From Octopus vulgaris (taxonomy: Eukaryota), in NCBI GenBank assembly GCA_951406725.2, contig OX597825.1:64542001-64606000 (forward strand): 64,000 nucleotides of DNA. The letters are read 5' to 3'. Position 1 is the first letter of the stretch; the number at the start of each line of letters is the position of its first letter. Of the stretch, positions 40,136 through 53,046 are shown one piece after another. Both the position numbers and the translations under genes were made by a program. The notes under the pieces were generated by a model that made no database searches, was not told where the DNA came from, and was given only the letters and a program-made list of their open reading frames with translations.

Positions 40136-42247
40136 CTAGCAATGCATCCCGGTGTTGCCCAGGTGTTATGACATACTGCCATATTGTATTATTTGTTCCT
40201 TTCTTATAGGCAGAATCAGCACAGCTGATATATAGTGAACTAGATTACTGGGGTAATGGAAGTTATCGTTTGTTTAAAAGTGAAGTGGGGGTACAAATTG
40301 CATGGGTTTCCATGAAAGTGCTTTCTGTTTTCAAGAAGGATCACAAATTATGTATTATTTTATCGTAAAATAGGGGATAATACGATTTTGCGCAGAAATC
40401 ACGTTCTCAAACTTTTAGCCTCTCCGCATCCCCACCGCAATTTTTTAATTTGTAACTTATTACGAACTGTTTTTTTTTAAATCCATGTATAAAAATACAG
40501 AGATTAAGATTCTGGGAAATATATACGTATTTTTTTAAAGCTTAATTTTTCTCCAAGAAACACTCAAAGCCTCTTCCTCCACCTCCCACTCCAATCACCT
40601 ACCCGCTTTCAAAAAGCTAAAAATACCTAATGTTTCACTTTCGTCTGATGTTTCACGCATGCGTAAAATTGTACTAAAATAGCATATGTAAAAATATTAG
40701 AGCACCATCAGAAAACCCGACATGCTAGAAACAAAAGGTAAATTACATTATTTCTGAAGAAACCTCTCCGCTTTTCAAAGGGCTAAAAGTTAAACATTTG
40801 GAGTTTGTAGCTTTTGAAAGAGGTGAGGTGACGGGTGGATGTTTGGGGGGGAGATTTTAGTGTTTCTTTAAGAAAACACAAAGAAGATCATTCTTAAGGG
40901 TTCGTACTCTCTTTTTTTTTCTCCGTGCATTAACAAGAAAATAATTCAAAAAGGTAAAACAACGAAGAAATTGAGATGGGGAAGGAGAAAATTTTTTGGG
41001 CGAAATCCTAATCTCTTGTATTAGAAACATAGAAGTCGGAAGAAATTTAGGAAAAAAAACAGGGGTGAGGGCGCAAATGTCACCTCGGATATGCTAGAAA
41101 CAACAGGTAAAGGACAGTGTTTCTGGGAGAATTTCTTTTAAATTTATATTGAAAATCAGGTTTTAAAATACACTCCTCGCAAACATGAATTACAGCAGAG
41201 AACACAGTGATTTCAATTGGATTTGAGCCGTAATTTTGCGCGTGCATATAGCAATTGCTTAAATGGCAACCATTTTCGGATTCGCACGGCCGTACACTTT
41301 CCAGAACTTGCACCATAACATCCTCAAGAAATTCGTACCCCACTTCGCTGATTTCTCTATTGATGTTCTCCTTCAGTTGCACCAGGGTCCCCGGTTTGTT
41401 GACGTGAACGCTCTCTTTCAGGTATCTCCACAAGAAAAATCCCAGCAAGTCAAGTCAGGGGAACGTGGAGGCCAGTTGACATTGCCGTAGCAGGAGATTA
41501 TTCTCTCTCCAAAGCATCATCATAGCAACTGCGTTATTTCCCTTGTGGTATGAGAAGTTGCCCCATCTTGCTGGAACAATGTGTGAGGTCTACTTTGAAA
41601 GTCATAGCTAGAGAGAGTGTCTGTATGTGTGTATGTGTGCGTATGTATGGGTGCGCGCACCCATGTAAGCCGAAGGAAGATGGAAAGTTGTCAACTCGAT
41701 CATATGGTCGATCATATAGGATCATATGACTACCCGTTAATTTCCGTAAAATTTCTTTATGCTTTGAAGAGAGCACAAATTGAAAGAGAAGAGAAAATGA
41801 AAAGGTAACATTTGCTTTGAAGTAACAGCAGAAAGTGAAAGAGAGGAGAAAGTGAAAGATGTATGTACGTGTATATGAAATGGACGTAGTGTGTTTCTGC
41901 GCGTGTGTGTGCGAGAGAATGAGTGAAGATGTGTGCTATCATATATGTATATTTTTCTCATGTATGTGTAACTAGCACGCACCCGCTCTCTCTCTCACTC
42001 TCTCTCACACACACACTCACACACACGCCCGCACACACATTAAATTTCATATACACGTACATAAATACATATTCCTCTTTCGCAGGTATGTGCACGTGTG
42101 CATCTGAGAGATAAAGGAAATTACTGTATTTCCTCATAACTTATAGACAAATGGATGTTTTGTAAGGTACAAACTCATATACAATATGTGACGTCGTCGT
42201 CGTCGTCATATGAAATGTTGTTTAAGATAGTTGAATTATAGAAAGAT
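40136..42247 (-). mobile_element. Probable long non-autonomous Helitron (5' boundary uncertain)
   Basis: Minus-strand 3' end CCTGGGCAACACCGGGATGCATTGCTAG resembles that of 9570-10003. A possible 5' end ATCTTTCTATAA lies at about 42247. There is an internal imperfect inverted repeat at about 40545-40640 and 40785-40875. Confidence 0.45.
41253..41599 (-). pseudogene. Tc1/mariner (rosa-like) transposase C-terminal fragment
   Basis: FQQDGATSHT...WPPRSPDLT..GFFLWRYLKE; nearly identical to 34555-34902. Confidence 0.85.
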
Positions 42248-42926
42248 TATAGTGTTAAATGTTTGTAAATTTTTGCGAATATGTAAATGAAAATAAAGTT
42301 TATTTGTTAGCTGAAAGATTGATGAATCTTTTGATAACCCATACTTCGAAATCAGCAACTCAGTTTTCGAATGTATTCGTTATAATTTCCGAAAAATTGT
42401 TTATTTCCTTATGCTTTGAAGAGAACAGACACTGAAAGAGAAGATTACTAAGTGTTGGATTTGCAACTTTGCTATAATGCCAATGTAGTTTCTTCAGGGT
42501 CTTCGCTGTAATATCCTTTCAGAGTGAACTGGTTAGAGTAGTTTTACTCTTACTCAAGCAGACCTATCAAAAAGCTTTCCAGCTGCGGACATCCCAGATG
42601 TTTCCTATGTACATGGAATCAACCACCACAATATCCAGCATGCAATTTCAGTAAGATCTGTTTACTATATGTGACCGATTGAACGAGCACTTAGTATTAC
42701 CCCTATTGGTAGTTACAGTCTTATATACAATAGAGATAGTGCATAGGAGGTAGTATGGTAGTGGTAGCCATGCAGTTGTAGATTATTGGTAATAGTGTGC
42801 TAAGTGAAAGCGCTGGGGCTAGTATGTTGTTAATGGTGGGATGTTGTGATGTTCATGCGGTAGCTGCAGTGGAGTGGTAGTGGACACTTATGGTGAGGTA
42901 GTAGTTTAGGCTAATATTACTGTTTA

Positions 42927-43547
42927 ATAAGGCGGTGAGCTGGCAGAAACGTTAGCACGCCGGGCGAAATGCTTATCGGTATTTCGTCTGCCGTTACATT
43001 CTGAGTTCAAATTCCGCCGAAGTCGACTTTGCCTTTCATCCTTTCGGAGTCGATAAATTAAATACCAGTTACGCACTGGGGTTGATGTAATCGACTTAAT
43101 ACCTATGTCTGTCCTTGTTTGTCCCCTCTGTGTTTAGTCCCTTGTGGGTAATTAAGAAATAGGTATTTCGTCTGACGTTACGTTCTGAGTTCAAATTCCG
43201 CCAAGGTCGACTTTGCCTTTCATCCTTTTGGGGTCGATTAAATGAGTACCAGTTACGCACTGGGGTCGATATAATCGACTTAATCCGTCTGTCTGTCCTT
43301 GTGTGTCCCCTCTGTGTGTAGCCTCTTGTAGGCAGTAAAGAAATAAGAAACGTTAGCACGCCGGGCGAAATACTTAGCGGGATTTCGTCTGTCTTTACGT
43401 TGTGAGTTCAAATTCTGCCGAGGCGAACTTTGCCTTTCATCCTTTCGCCGTCGATAAATTAAGTACCATTTGCGTACTGGGATCGATCTAATTGACTGGT
43501 CCCCTCCCCCAAAATTTCGGGCCTTGTGCCTAGAGTAGAAAAGAATA
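42927..43547 (+). mobile_element. SINE B head-to-tail trimer
   Basis: Units restart at 43162 (GGTATTTCG) and 43346 (AGAAACGTTAG). The last unit ends in tail 2, GGGCCTTGTGCCTAGAGTAGAAAAGAATA. Confidence 0.92.
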
Positions 43548-43599
43548 CTACTGCTCATTAAAACGAAGTAGAAAATGAAGGTCGTGTTGGAGGTGGTAA

Positions 43600-43921
43600 T
43601 GACTGTTATGAAGTGCGTCGTAGTTTGGGTTGTAGTAGTAGTGGCGATTGTGTTGCACATGGTAGCGGTGTGGTGGTGGAGATTGTAGTAGTGGTGGAGT
43701 GGAGTGGTTTTGTTGGGGTAATGTGGTGGTGGTGGTAGTTATAATAGTGGCGGTTGTAGCGTTCCTGTAGATGATGGTGGCGGTGATGCTGGTAGTGGTG
43801 ATGGTGCTGATGCTGTAGATAGTAGTGGTAGTACTGTTACTGACGGTTATAGTAGTAGTAGTGGTGGTGATGGTGTTGGTGGTAGTAGAAGCAGAATCAG
43901 TTGTAGTAGTAGTAGTAGAGC

Positions 43922-43996
<75 letters not shown>

Positions 43997-44131
43997 TCGC
44001 AGCAGAAGCAGCAGCAGCAGTAGTAGTGGTAGTAGTAAGAGCAGCAGTGTTACTACTATTAGTTGTAATATTAGCAGCATTAGTAGTAGGAATAGTAGTA
44101 ATAGTAGTAGGAGTAGTAATAGTAGTAGTAA

Positions 44132-44167
<36 letters not shown>

Positions 44168-44344
44168 CAGCAGTAGTAGTGGTAGTAGTAGTATCAGCAG
44201 CAGTAAAAGTAGGAGTGGTAGTAGTAGTAGTAGAAGCAACAGTATTAGTAGTAGTAGTAGCAGAAGCAGTAGGAGTAATAGTAGTAATAGTAGTAGTAGT
44301 AGTAGGTAGCAGTAGTAGTAGCAGTAGTAGTAGCAGTAGTGGTG

Positions 44345-44390
<46 letters not shown>

Positions 44391-44496
44391 CAGCAGCAGC
44401 AGCAACAGTATTAGTAGCAGAAGCAGTAGTAGTAATAGTAGTAGTAGTAGGCTGCAGAAGTAGTAGTAATAGGCTGCAGAAGTAGTAGTAGTAGTT

Positions 44497-44552
<56 letters not shown>

Positions 44553-44932
44553 TAGGACCTATTCGGTTTGAACGGCAGTTTTTTAAAATAATTTCCACGT
44601 AACTAAACACTTTTAAACTTCGTATAAAACATTTTTTTCTCTTGGCCTTATTGAGAAAAGGTATTTGTTGTTGTTTTTTCTTCAATTTCTGCAATTTCAA
44701 CCAATCAATGACGTCTATTGAGATGAAAAACATTCTGTGCCGTATGAATAAGTCCCTCGTTTAAGAAACAGATTGGGTTTATTTACATTTCTGAAAAAAA
44801 AAAGATACCCTTCCCCCACCCCTAACCCTAAAACAGATTGAAATGCAATAGATCGATACTAGGGTCATAATTATGGGTGACAATTTCATATGACACCGCT
44901 AGAAAAAACTGCCTTTCAAACCGAAAAGATCC

Positions 44933-44963
<31 letters not shown>

Positions 44964-44996
44964 ATAGTAGTAGTAGTAGTAGCAGCAGTACTAGGC

Positions 44997-45069
<73 letters not shown>

Positions 45070-45162
45070 TGGTAGTTGTAGTTGTAGTTGTAGTAGTAGT
45101 AGTAGTAGCAGCACTATTAGTAGTAGCAGCAGCAGTAGTAGTGGTAATAGTTGTAGTAGTAT
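43600..45162. repeat. Long degenerate (GTA/GCA/GTG)n trinucleotide region, interrupted by a MITE
   Basis: Read directly; source of the poly-T/V/L/S ORFs. Confidence 0.95.
44555..44932. mobile_element. MITE with GG-starting TIRs and 8-bp TSD (Merlin-like)
   Basis: Ends GGACCTATTCGGTTTGAACGGCAGTTTTT and AAAAACTGCCTTTCAAACCGAAAAGATCC. Flanks are AGTAGTTA and AGTAGTAG. Confidence 0.8.
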
Positions 45163-45636
45163 CAGGATGAAAGGCAAAGTCGACCTTGGCGGGTGATGGC
45201 TTGGGTTTGTATCTTCTGTCATACCCCAGGCCGACCAAAGATTTACCAGTGGATTTGGTTGACGAAGCCTGTCGCATAAGGTGTGTGTGTGTGTGTGTGT
45301 GTGTCTTCGTCTTTGTCCACCAACACCATGTGAAAAACCGATACTGGTTTTTTATCGTACCCGTAACTTAACGGTTCGGCTAAAAGTGTCCGACAGAATA
45401 AATACCAAGCTTTTGAAAAGTGTTGTGGACCAGCACGACCACAGTCCAATGTCTTTGTAACAAGTAAAGGATTTAGATTAAAACAGCTTTTTTTCTTATT
45501 TCGTCTATTAAATCATAAAGACATACGTAATATGATGGATTGAGAGAGAGAGAGAAGCGATGAGATACAGAGAATAAGACGCAAAAAAGAAGATAAGTAG
45601 AAAGAAGAGATAGATAGACAGATAGATAGATAGATA

Positions 45637-45910
45637 AGTTTCTTTATTGGCCACACAGGGCTGCACACAGATGGGACAAGTTACAAGGTAGAGCTTTTCT
45701 TTTGGGGGATGAAAAAAACAAAAACAAAGATAGATAGAAAAAAAGGGGTGGCGTAGGTTTTCGATCAGAGGGATCGTAAAGGAAGAAAAGAACAAAAAAA
45801 AGAAGAAAAGATAGAAAAAAGAAGAAGAAGGAAAAGGAACAAAGAAAAGAGAAAGAAAAAGAAGAAAAATAGAAGAGGAAAAAAGATCAATAGATCGTGT
45901 ATCACAGTGT
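45637..45910 (-). mobile_element. 3'UTR fragment of a Tx1-like LINE inserted in (GATA)n
   Basis: The minus strand ends GTCCCATCTGTGTGCAGCCCTGTGTGGCCAATAAAGAAA, similar to the LINE end at 29435-29479. Confidence 0.55.
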
Positions 45911-45937
45911 TATAGATATGATGATAGAAGGGAAAGC

Positions 45938-46014
<77 letters not shown>

Positions 46015-46034
46015 GGATAGATAGATAGACACAG

Positions 46035-46096
<62 letters not shown>

Positions 46097-46396
46097 AGGG
46101 TATAAGAGAGAGGGTGAGAAGGAAGGATTAAGTGAGACGCAGTTTTATAGATATGGGATGAATAAGGGATGACTTTTACATTAACCAAGTCGTTATATAC
46201 ACCCGTTAATGTATTCATTGTATACACACACGCACACATAAAATGACATGTGTCTATGACGTCGTATAATGTCGATCTAGCTCTCCCTTTGACGAACACA
46301 GTTATGCACACACACACACGTCACGTAAACATAAACACTTCTTAGATTCTATACTCACACATACGCAGTAGATATATGTCTGTATTGGAAAAACAA

Positions 46397-46428
<32 letters not shown>

Positions 46429-46439
46429 CACCGTGATCA

Positions 46440-46724
46440 CTGTGCTGCACATCGCTGGTCACAATGCGCTTCGCATTGTTATAGCCTTCGAATGACGCCA
46501 CCCCGCTGGCTAAGCGAGCAGGCCAACAGAAGAGAGAGAGTGAGAGAAAGTCGTAGCGAAAGAATACGGCAGGGATCACCACTAACCCCTGCCGGAGACC
46601 TCGTGGAGCTTTTTAGGTGTTTTCGCTCAATAAACACTCACAACGCCCGGTCTGGGAATCGAAACCACGGTCCTACAACCGCAAGTCCGCTTCCCTAACC
46701 ACTGGGCCATTGCCATTGCACCTC

Positions 46725-46726
<2 letters not shown>
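46440..46726 (-). mobile_element. SINE family C variant
   Basis: The head matches the 36111 family; the 3' part differs. Confidence 0.8.
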
Positions 46727-46773
<47 letters not shown>

Positions 46774-46850
46774 AGTAAAGGAAAGAAAGGTTATCTTTCG
46801 AATTACCCGTAATAAGATAATTCATTTATCTACTTTTATATATATATATG

Positions 46851-46897
<47 letters not shown>

Positions 46898-47851
46898 GTG
46901 TGTGTATGTATATATACATATATATATACATACACACATATATATGTGTGTGTGTACATACACAGAGTAGGCAGTAGTTTTTGATAAAATTGTTTCAAAA
47001 TGACTTAATATATATTTACATATTAAATATGTTTGAGTCTGCGTGTGTGCATATGTGCGTGTGCACGCCTGTATGCGTGTGTGTATGTGTGTGTATACAC
47101 ATGCCATTGACATTTTCAATTTCATATATATACGTGAACGTGTATCCTCTACACGCATTCGGTATTATAATATTATCTTACGCGCTACATAACAAACGTA
47201 GAACGAAACTGAAAACGGTCACTGGAGACAAACACACACGCAAAGTAGCTCAGCCGCGCTTATATTCCACTAAACGGCGACAGATCGTAAGAAATGCTTA
47301 GGTGTTTTCTCCGATATATTAAACACACTCTCTCTCTCTCTCTCTCGTTTTCTCCTTCTCTCTCTTCGTCTCTCTCACTCTCCACTCCTCCTTTCTTCTC
47401 TCCCTACATTCTATTCCCCCACTATCTGTTGCCTCCCACTCACTGGTTCTCCAACTCTCTCGGCCGTAGCATTATCAAAACAGACACGCATACACACACA
47501 CACACACTACACGCATAGTAACACGTTCTAAGCCGCTGGAATAAGTTTCGTAAGGTGGGAGACCAAGGCCTCTGACGATACCCTAAAAGTTCAAAGGGGC
47601 TACGAGGTTGTATTAGTCATTGGAATGTTTATCTGTTTATGTTATTAAAAGGAGGAGTCAGGATCCTGACACGAAGGTACGGCCCCACTCCTTCGGTATC
47701 AGAACTAAACCGATTCACTAACAAAACACTCCTCTTTGAGGGGGGGTTAAGAGAATTCGCGAATGCACGCGCAAGCAAAACACACCATCGGGCTGGCGAA
47801 TGTGCATGTACGCACTATATATGTACATACACATGTGTGTATATACATGTT

Positions 47852-47900
<49 letters not shown>

Positions 47901-48265
47901 AGGCGCAGGAATGGCTGTGTGGTAAGTAGCTTGCTTACCAGCCACATGGTTCCGGGTTCAGTCGCATTGCGTGGCACCTTGGGCAAGTGTCTTCTACTAT
48001 AGTCTTGGGCCGACCAAAGCCTTGTGAGTGGATTTGGTAGACGGAAACTGAAAGAAGCCCGTCGTATATATGTATATATGTATGTGTATGTGTGTATTTG
48101 TGTTTATGTATCTGTTTTTGCCCCCCCCCCACCTCAACAACGCTTGACAACCGATCCTGGTGTGTTTACGTGCCCGTAACTTAGCGGTTCGGCATAAGAA
48201 ACCGATAGAATAAGTACTAGGTTTCCAAAGAAATAGTCCTGGGGTCGATTTGCTCGACTAAAGGC
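47901..48265 (+). mobile_element. SINE family A
   Basis: Matches the family from the head to TCGACTAAAGGCG. Confidence 0.9.
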
Positions 48266-48847
48266 GTGTGCGTGCATCTCTGTGTGTGCCTGTGTCTGTA
48301 TGTGTGTATGAGTGTGTGCGTGCGTATGTCTGTGTGTGTGCGTGTGTGTGTCTGTCTGTGTTACGGGGATGTAAGCACACCCGCACCAGGTGTCATGCGG
48401 GGGTGAGGGACAGGTACAGACACAAACATACACAATGCTTGACCATTAACTTATGGAAATTGAAAGTGTGTTTGCGTGTGTGTGTGTATCTGTGTGTGCA
48501 TGTATGTGCCTGTGTGTGCGCGCGTGTGTGTATCTGTGTATGTGTGTTCTGTATGTGCATCTGTCTGTGTGCGTGTGCGTGCATCTGTGTGTGTGCCTCT
48601 GTGTGTGCGTTAATCTCTATGTGTGTATGAGTGCGTGCGTGCGTATGTCTGTGTGTGTGTGCTTATGTGTGTGTGTCTGTCCGTGTTTGCATGTATGTAT
48701 GTGCGCGTGTGTGTGTGTGTGTGCTTGTGCATGTATGTGCGTGTGTCTGTCTCTGTGTGTGTGCGCGCGCACGTGTATGTGTGTGCGTGTGTGTGCGCGT
48801 GTGTGTGTGTGTGTGTTTTTTCGCTCTTGTACTTTAACAGTTCGGCG

Positions 48848-49065
48848 CAAGGCGGCGACCTGGCAGAAACGTTAGCACGCCCAGCGAAATGTTTGTCGGT
48901 ATTTCTTCTGCCGTTGCGTTCTCAGTTAAAATTCCGCCGAGGTCGACTTTGCCTTTCATCTTTTCGGGGTCGATAAATTAAGTACCATTAACGTACTGGG
49001 GTCGATCTAATTAACTAACACCCTCCTACTGAAGATTCGGGGCTTGTGCTTAGCGTAGAAAAGAA
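48848..49065 (+). mobile_element. SINE family B (tail 2)
   Basis: AAGGCGGCGACCTGGCAGAAACGTTAGCACG ... GTAGAAAAGAAT. Confidence 0.88.
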
Positions 49066-49489
49066 TTTAACGGTTCGGCAAAAATCCGGTATAATATCAA
49101 GCTTTGAAAATTAAGTACTGGGTTCGAATTGTTCAACTGAAACGCTTCAAGGGATGGCCCAGCATGATCACTGTCTTATGACTGAAACATGTAGAAAATA
49201 AAAGGCAGAGTTATCTCCCACTGTTGCTCAGGAATTTCTCATGTATGAAAACCGGCAGTGTTCGCGACACCATATGCATCTCGCTACATGCATTGTCATC
49301 AGAACTTAAAGACTGGCTTGTGATACATCAAAGAATATTCTCCAACGCTCTAACAATACTCAATGCCTGATGTTGGTTCTCTATTTATCGATCTCCAACA
49401 CTGAAAGGGGAAATTTCCAATGCGAGAAGTTGGATTTATAACCAGAAAGCAGATTGGCCATTGTAACGCTGTTGCTATATATACACTCA

Positions 49490-50065
49490 CTTATTTCTTT
49501 ATTGCCCACAGTGCGGTAAACATATAGGGGACAAACGAGGACAGAAAAAAGGAATAAGTCAATTACATCGACCCCAGTACGTAACCGGTACTTATTTAAT
49601 CGACTCCGAAAGAATGAATCACAAAATCGATTTCGGTGGAATTTGAACAAAGAACGTAACGGCAGACGAAATACCTATTTATTTACTACCCACAAGGGGC
49701 TAAACACAGAGGGGACAAACAAGGACAGACAAACTGATTAAGTCGATTTTATCGACCCCAGTGCGTAACTGGTACTTAATTTATCGACCCCGAAAGGATG
49801 AAAGGCAAAGACGACCTCGGCGGGATTTGAACTCAGAACGTAACGGCAGACGAAATACCTATTTCTTTATTACCCACAAGGGGCTAAACACAGAGGGGAC
49901 AAACAAGGACAGACATAGGTATTAAGTCGATTACATCGACCCCAGTGCGTAACTGGTACTTAAAGGATGAAAGGCAAAGTCGACCTCGGCGGAATTTGAA
50001 CTCACAACGTAACGGCAGACGAAATACCGCTAAGCATTTCGCCCGGCGTGCTAACGATTCTGCAA
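49490..50065 (-). mobile_element. SINE B head-to-tail trimer (all tail 1)
   Basis: Junctions GAAATACC|TATTT at 49675 and 49859. Confidence 0.9.
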
Positions 50066-51589
50066 TTTCGTCGCTCTTTCAAAATTTTGCCAGAAGAGCA
50101 GCAATTTTCGGGAATCGGTTGGGTCGATTACTCCAATATTCAAGAGGTACTTATTTAATCGATCCTGACAAGATGAAGGGCAAATATACCTCAATATAAA
50201 CACACAGTTATTGCAGCGGTCCTTTTTTTTTTCTTTTTTTTTTGAGCTCTTTAAAAGACCTTGGTTTGGCCTCCAGCTAGACCTTACCCGAGACCTTAAA
50301 GTAATCAAGTTCACAGGGACTCAAGTTCAGATTCACATATTTATACAGATATAAAATATATACCTTTTATCTTTTATCTTCTACTTGTTTCAGTCATTAG
50401 ACTGCGACCATGCTGGGCAACCGTCTGGAAGAATTTTTACTCGACCCCAGTATTTATATTTTTCCAAAGCCTGCTACTTATTTTATCGGGCTCTTTAGCG
50501 ATTTGCCAAGTTACAGGGACGTATACAAATCAACTCCAATATTCAAGCGGTGGTGGGGGACAAAGAGACACAAAGACATACACATACGCACAAGCACACA
50601 CACACACACACACACACATACATATATGACGGGATTTTTCCAGTTTCCGTCTATCTAATCCACTCATAAGTCTTTTGTTGGTCCAAGGCTGTACTAAAAG
50701 ACGCATGCCTTAAATGACACGCAGTGGGATTGAACCCAGAACGGTGTGTTGGGGAGGTAAGCTTCTTGCAACTCAGCCACGCCTGCTTTATTAAATGCAC
50801 ATATATATGCATATAATAGATATGTATGTATTTATATAATCTGCTTATGTGCGCATATCTATGTGCGCGTGTGTGTGTGTTTGTATGTCTGTGTTTGTAC
50901 CCCAAACATCGCTCGACAACCGATGTTGGTGTGTTTACGTCCCCGTAACTTAGCGGTTCGGCGAAAGAGACCGATAGAATAAGTACTAGGCTTACAAAGA
51001 ATAAGTCCTGGGTTCGATTTGCTCGACTGAAAGGCAGTGCTCCAGCGTGGCCACATTCAAATGACTGAAACAAGTAAACGAGTAAAGAGTAAGAGTATAC
51101 GTATGTATGTATGTATGTATGTATGTATGTATGTATGTATGTATGTATGTATGTATGCATGCATATATATATATATATATATATATGTCTATATATAGAT
51201 ATACATGCATACATACAAACATACATACATACATACATGCATGCATTCATGTATTCATGTATGCATAAAACTACATGCACAGTTTAGATTTTACAGCATG
51301 CATAAGCTACAACTTACATATACGCGTAGAGGTCAATTAATGTGTTCTTTATTTCACGTGGGCGGCTTTGCGATGTATTTCTCTATTGTTTCTTCCCGCT
51401 TCTTATTTCTCTTAATCAGTCTCTTCTCCAGTATTTCTATCACTATTTTCTTTCCCTTAGTCTTGGTAAAAAGTGATACAAGAAATGTATAGAAAACACA
51501 CACACACACAAATACATGTAAACACATTCATTCATACGCATGCAGATATATACATACACCTGTATATATCTTTCATTTTTTTATAGTTT

Positions 51590-52724
51590 ACTCCATCAGT
51601 CATCGAACTGCAGCCATGATGGTTCACCGCTTTGACGATGTTTTTTAATCGAGCGAATCGACCTCTACTTTTCTGGTACTTGTTCTATATTCCTCCTTTA
51701 TCGAACCGCTAGGTTACAGGGTCGTAAAAGAACCAACACTGATTGTCAAGCGGTAGTAAGAGACAAACACAGACACAAAGACAAGCACACATAATGTATG
51801 TGTGGGTATATATATATGTGCGTATATATATGTGCGTGTGTGTATATATATGTGTGTGTGTGTATGTGTATATGTGTGTAAGTGTGTGTGTGTGTGTGTG
51901 TAAGTGTGTGTATATATATATGTGTGTGTGTATGTGTGTAAGTGTGTGTGTGTCTTAGATAAAATAAGATAAAATAAGGCCAAGGCAATATGGTATCCCT
52001 AGGACATTTATAAATAGAAAGAGAGATGGGTTAAAAGAGCTTCAGTATAAGGAATTAGTAGAGTCCATTTGCTTAGAAGAAGTTATTCTGGAGAGGGAGA
52101 GATATACAAGAACTTAGATTTAACGCAGAAAGTATAAAAGAAAAATACGAAAATAAAACTACATGTTGGATGTTATAGTTGCTGTTTCCTTATCCAAGAA
52201 ATGTGGTGCGCACAATGGGTAAAGCGTCTTCGTGTCCATGATGTGTAAAGTCCGATAAGAATTCAGCAACATACGAATTCTTATCGGACTTTACACATCT
52301 TGGACAGGAAGACGCTTTACTCATTCTGCACAACACATTTCTTGGATAACAAAACACCAACTTTAACATCCAACATGTATTATTATTCTCGTATTTTCCT
52401 TTATACTTGCTGCATCATATCTAATTTCTTGAATTCTGCTTATTCCTTCTATTGAAGCTCTTTTAACTCGCCTCTGATGATGGGATATCATTTACATCCC
52501 TGAAACAAATGCAAGATCACCTTTCTATCTATAAATGTCCTAGGGATATCAAATTGCCTTCACCTTGTTATCTTATTCTATTTAACATATACAAACTCAC
52601 ACACGACCTACATTAGACTCCACAATCATGTTTTATTGAACCGGGAGCTTAACAGAGGTCCTTCTGTAGCACTTACATAGACTTGCCAGCCTTTTGGGTC
52701 TTCTGGTTACCAAAATATCTCATG

Positions 52725-52791
<67 letters not shown>

Positions 52792-52995
52792 TTGGAAGTC
52801 GGCTCCCTCAGTGGAAGATTTATAATAATTAAAAAATAGAACATACATATATGCACATACGACGGGCTTCTTTCATTTTCCGTCTACCAAATACACTCAC
52901 AAGGTTTTGGTTGGCCCGAGAGCATAATGGAAACGCAGTGGGACTCAATCTGGAAGCTTGTGTTTGAGAAGCAAAATTTTACCACAGGATCACGC
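51590..52995 (-). mobile_element. Old SINE A split by an insertion of about 0.9 kb in its internal microsatellite
   Basis: Tail half at 51590-51790 and head half at 52859-52995. Confidence 0.75.
51955..52590. repeat. About 630-bp imperfect palindrome (Penelope-like inverted pseudo-LTR) with hammerhead-like core on the right arm
   Basis: Perfect 25-bp inner arms at 52240-52264 and 52275-52299. Outer arms align to CCCTAGGACATTTATA and TATAAATGTCCTAGGG and beyond. CTGATGA-TGGGAT..ATCCCT-GAAAC lies at 52474-52506. Confidence 0.88.
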
Positions 52996-53000
52996 CGTAC

Positions 53001-53046
<46 letters not shown>

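Noticed and set aside
44819-44831. CCCTAACCCTAA telomere-like motif
   Set aside because: Only two units, located inside a MITE; not an interstitial telomere.
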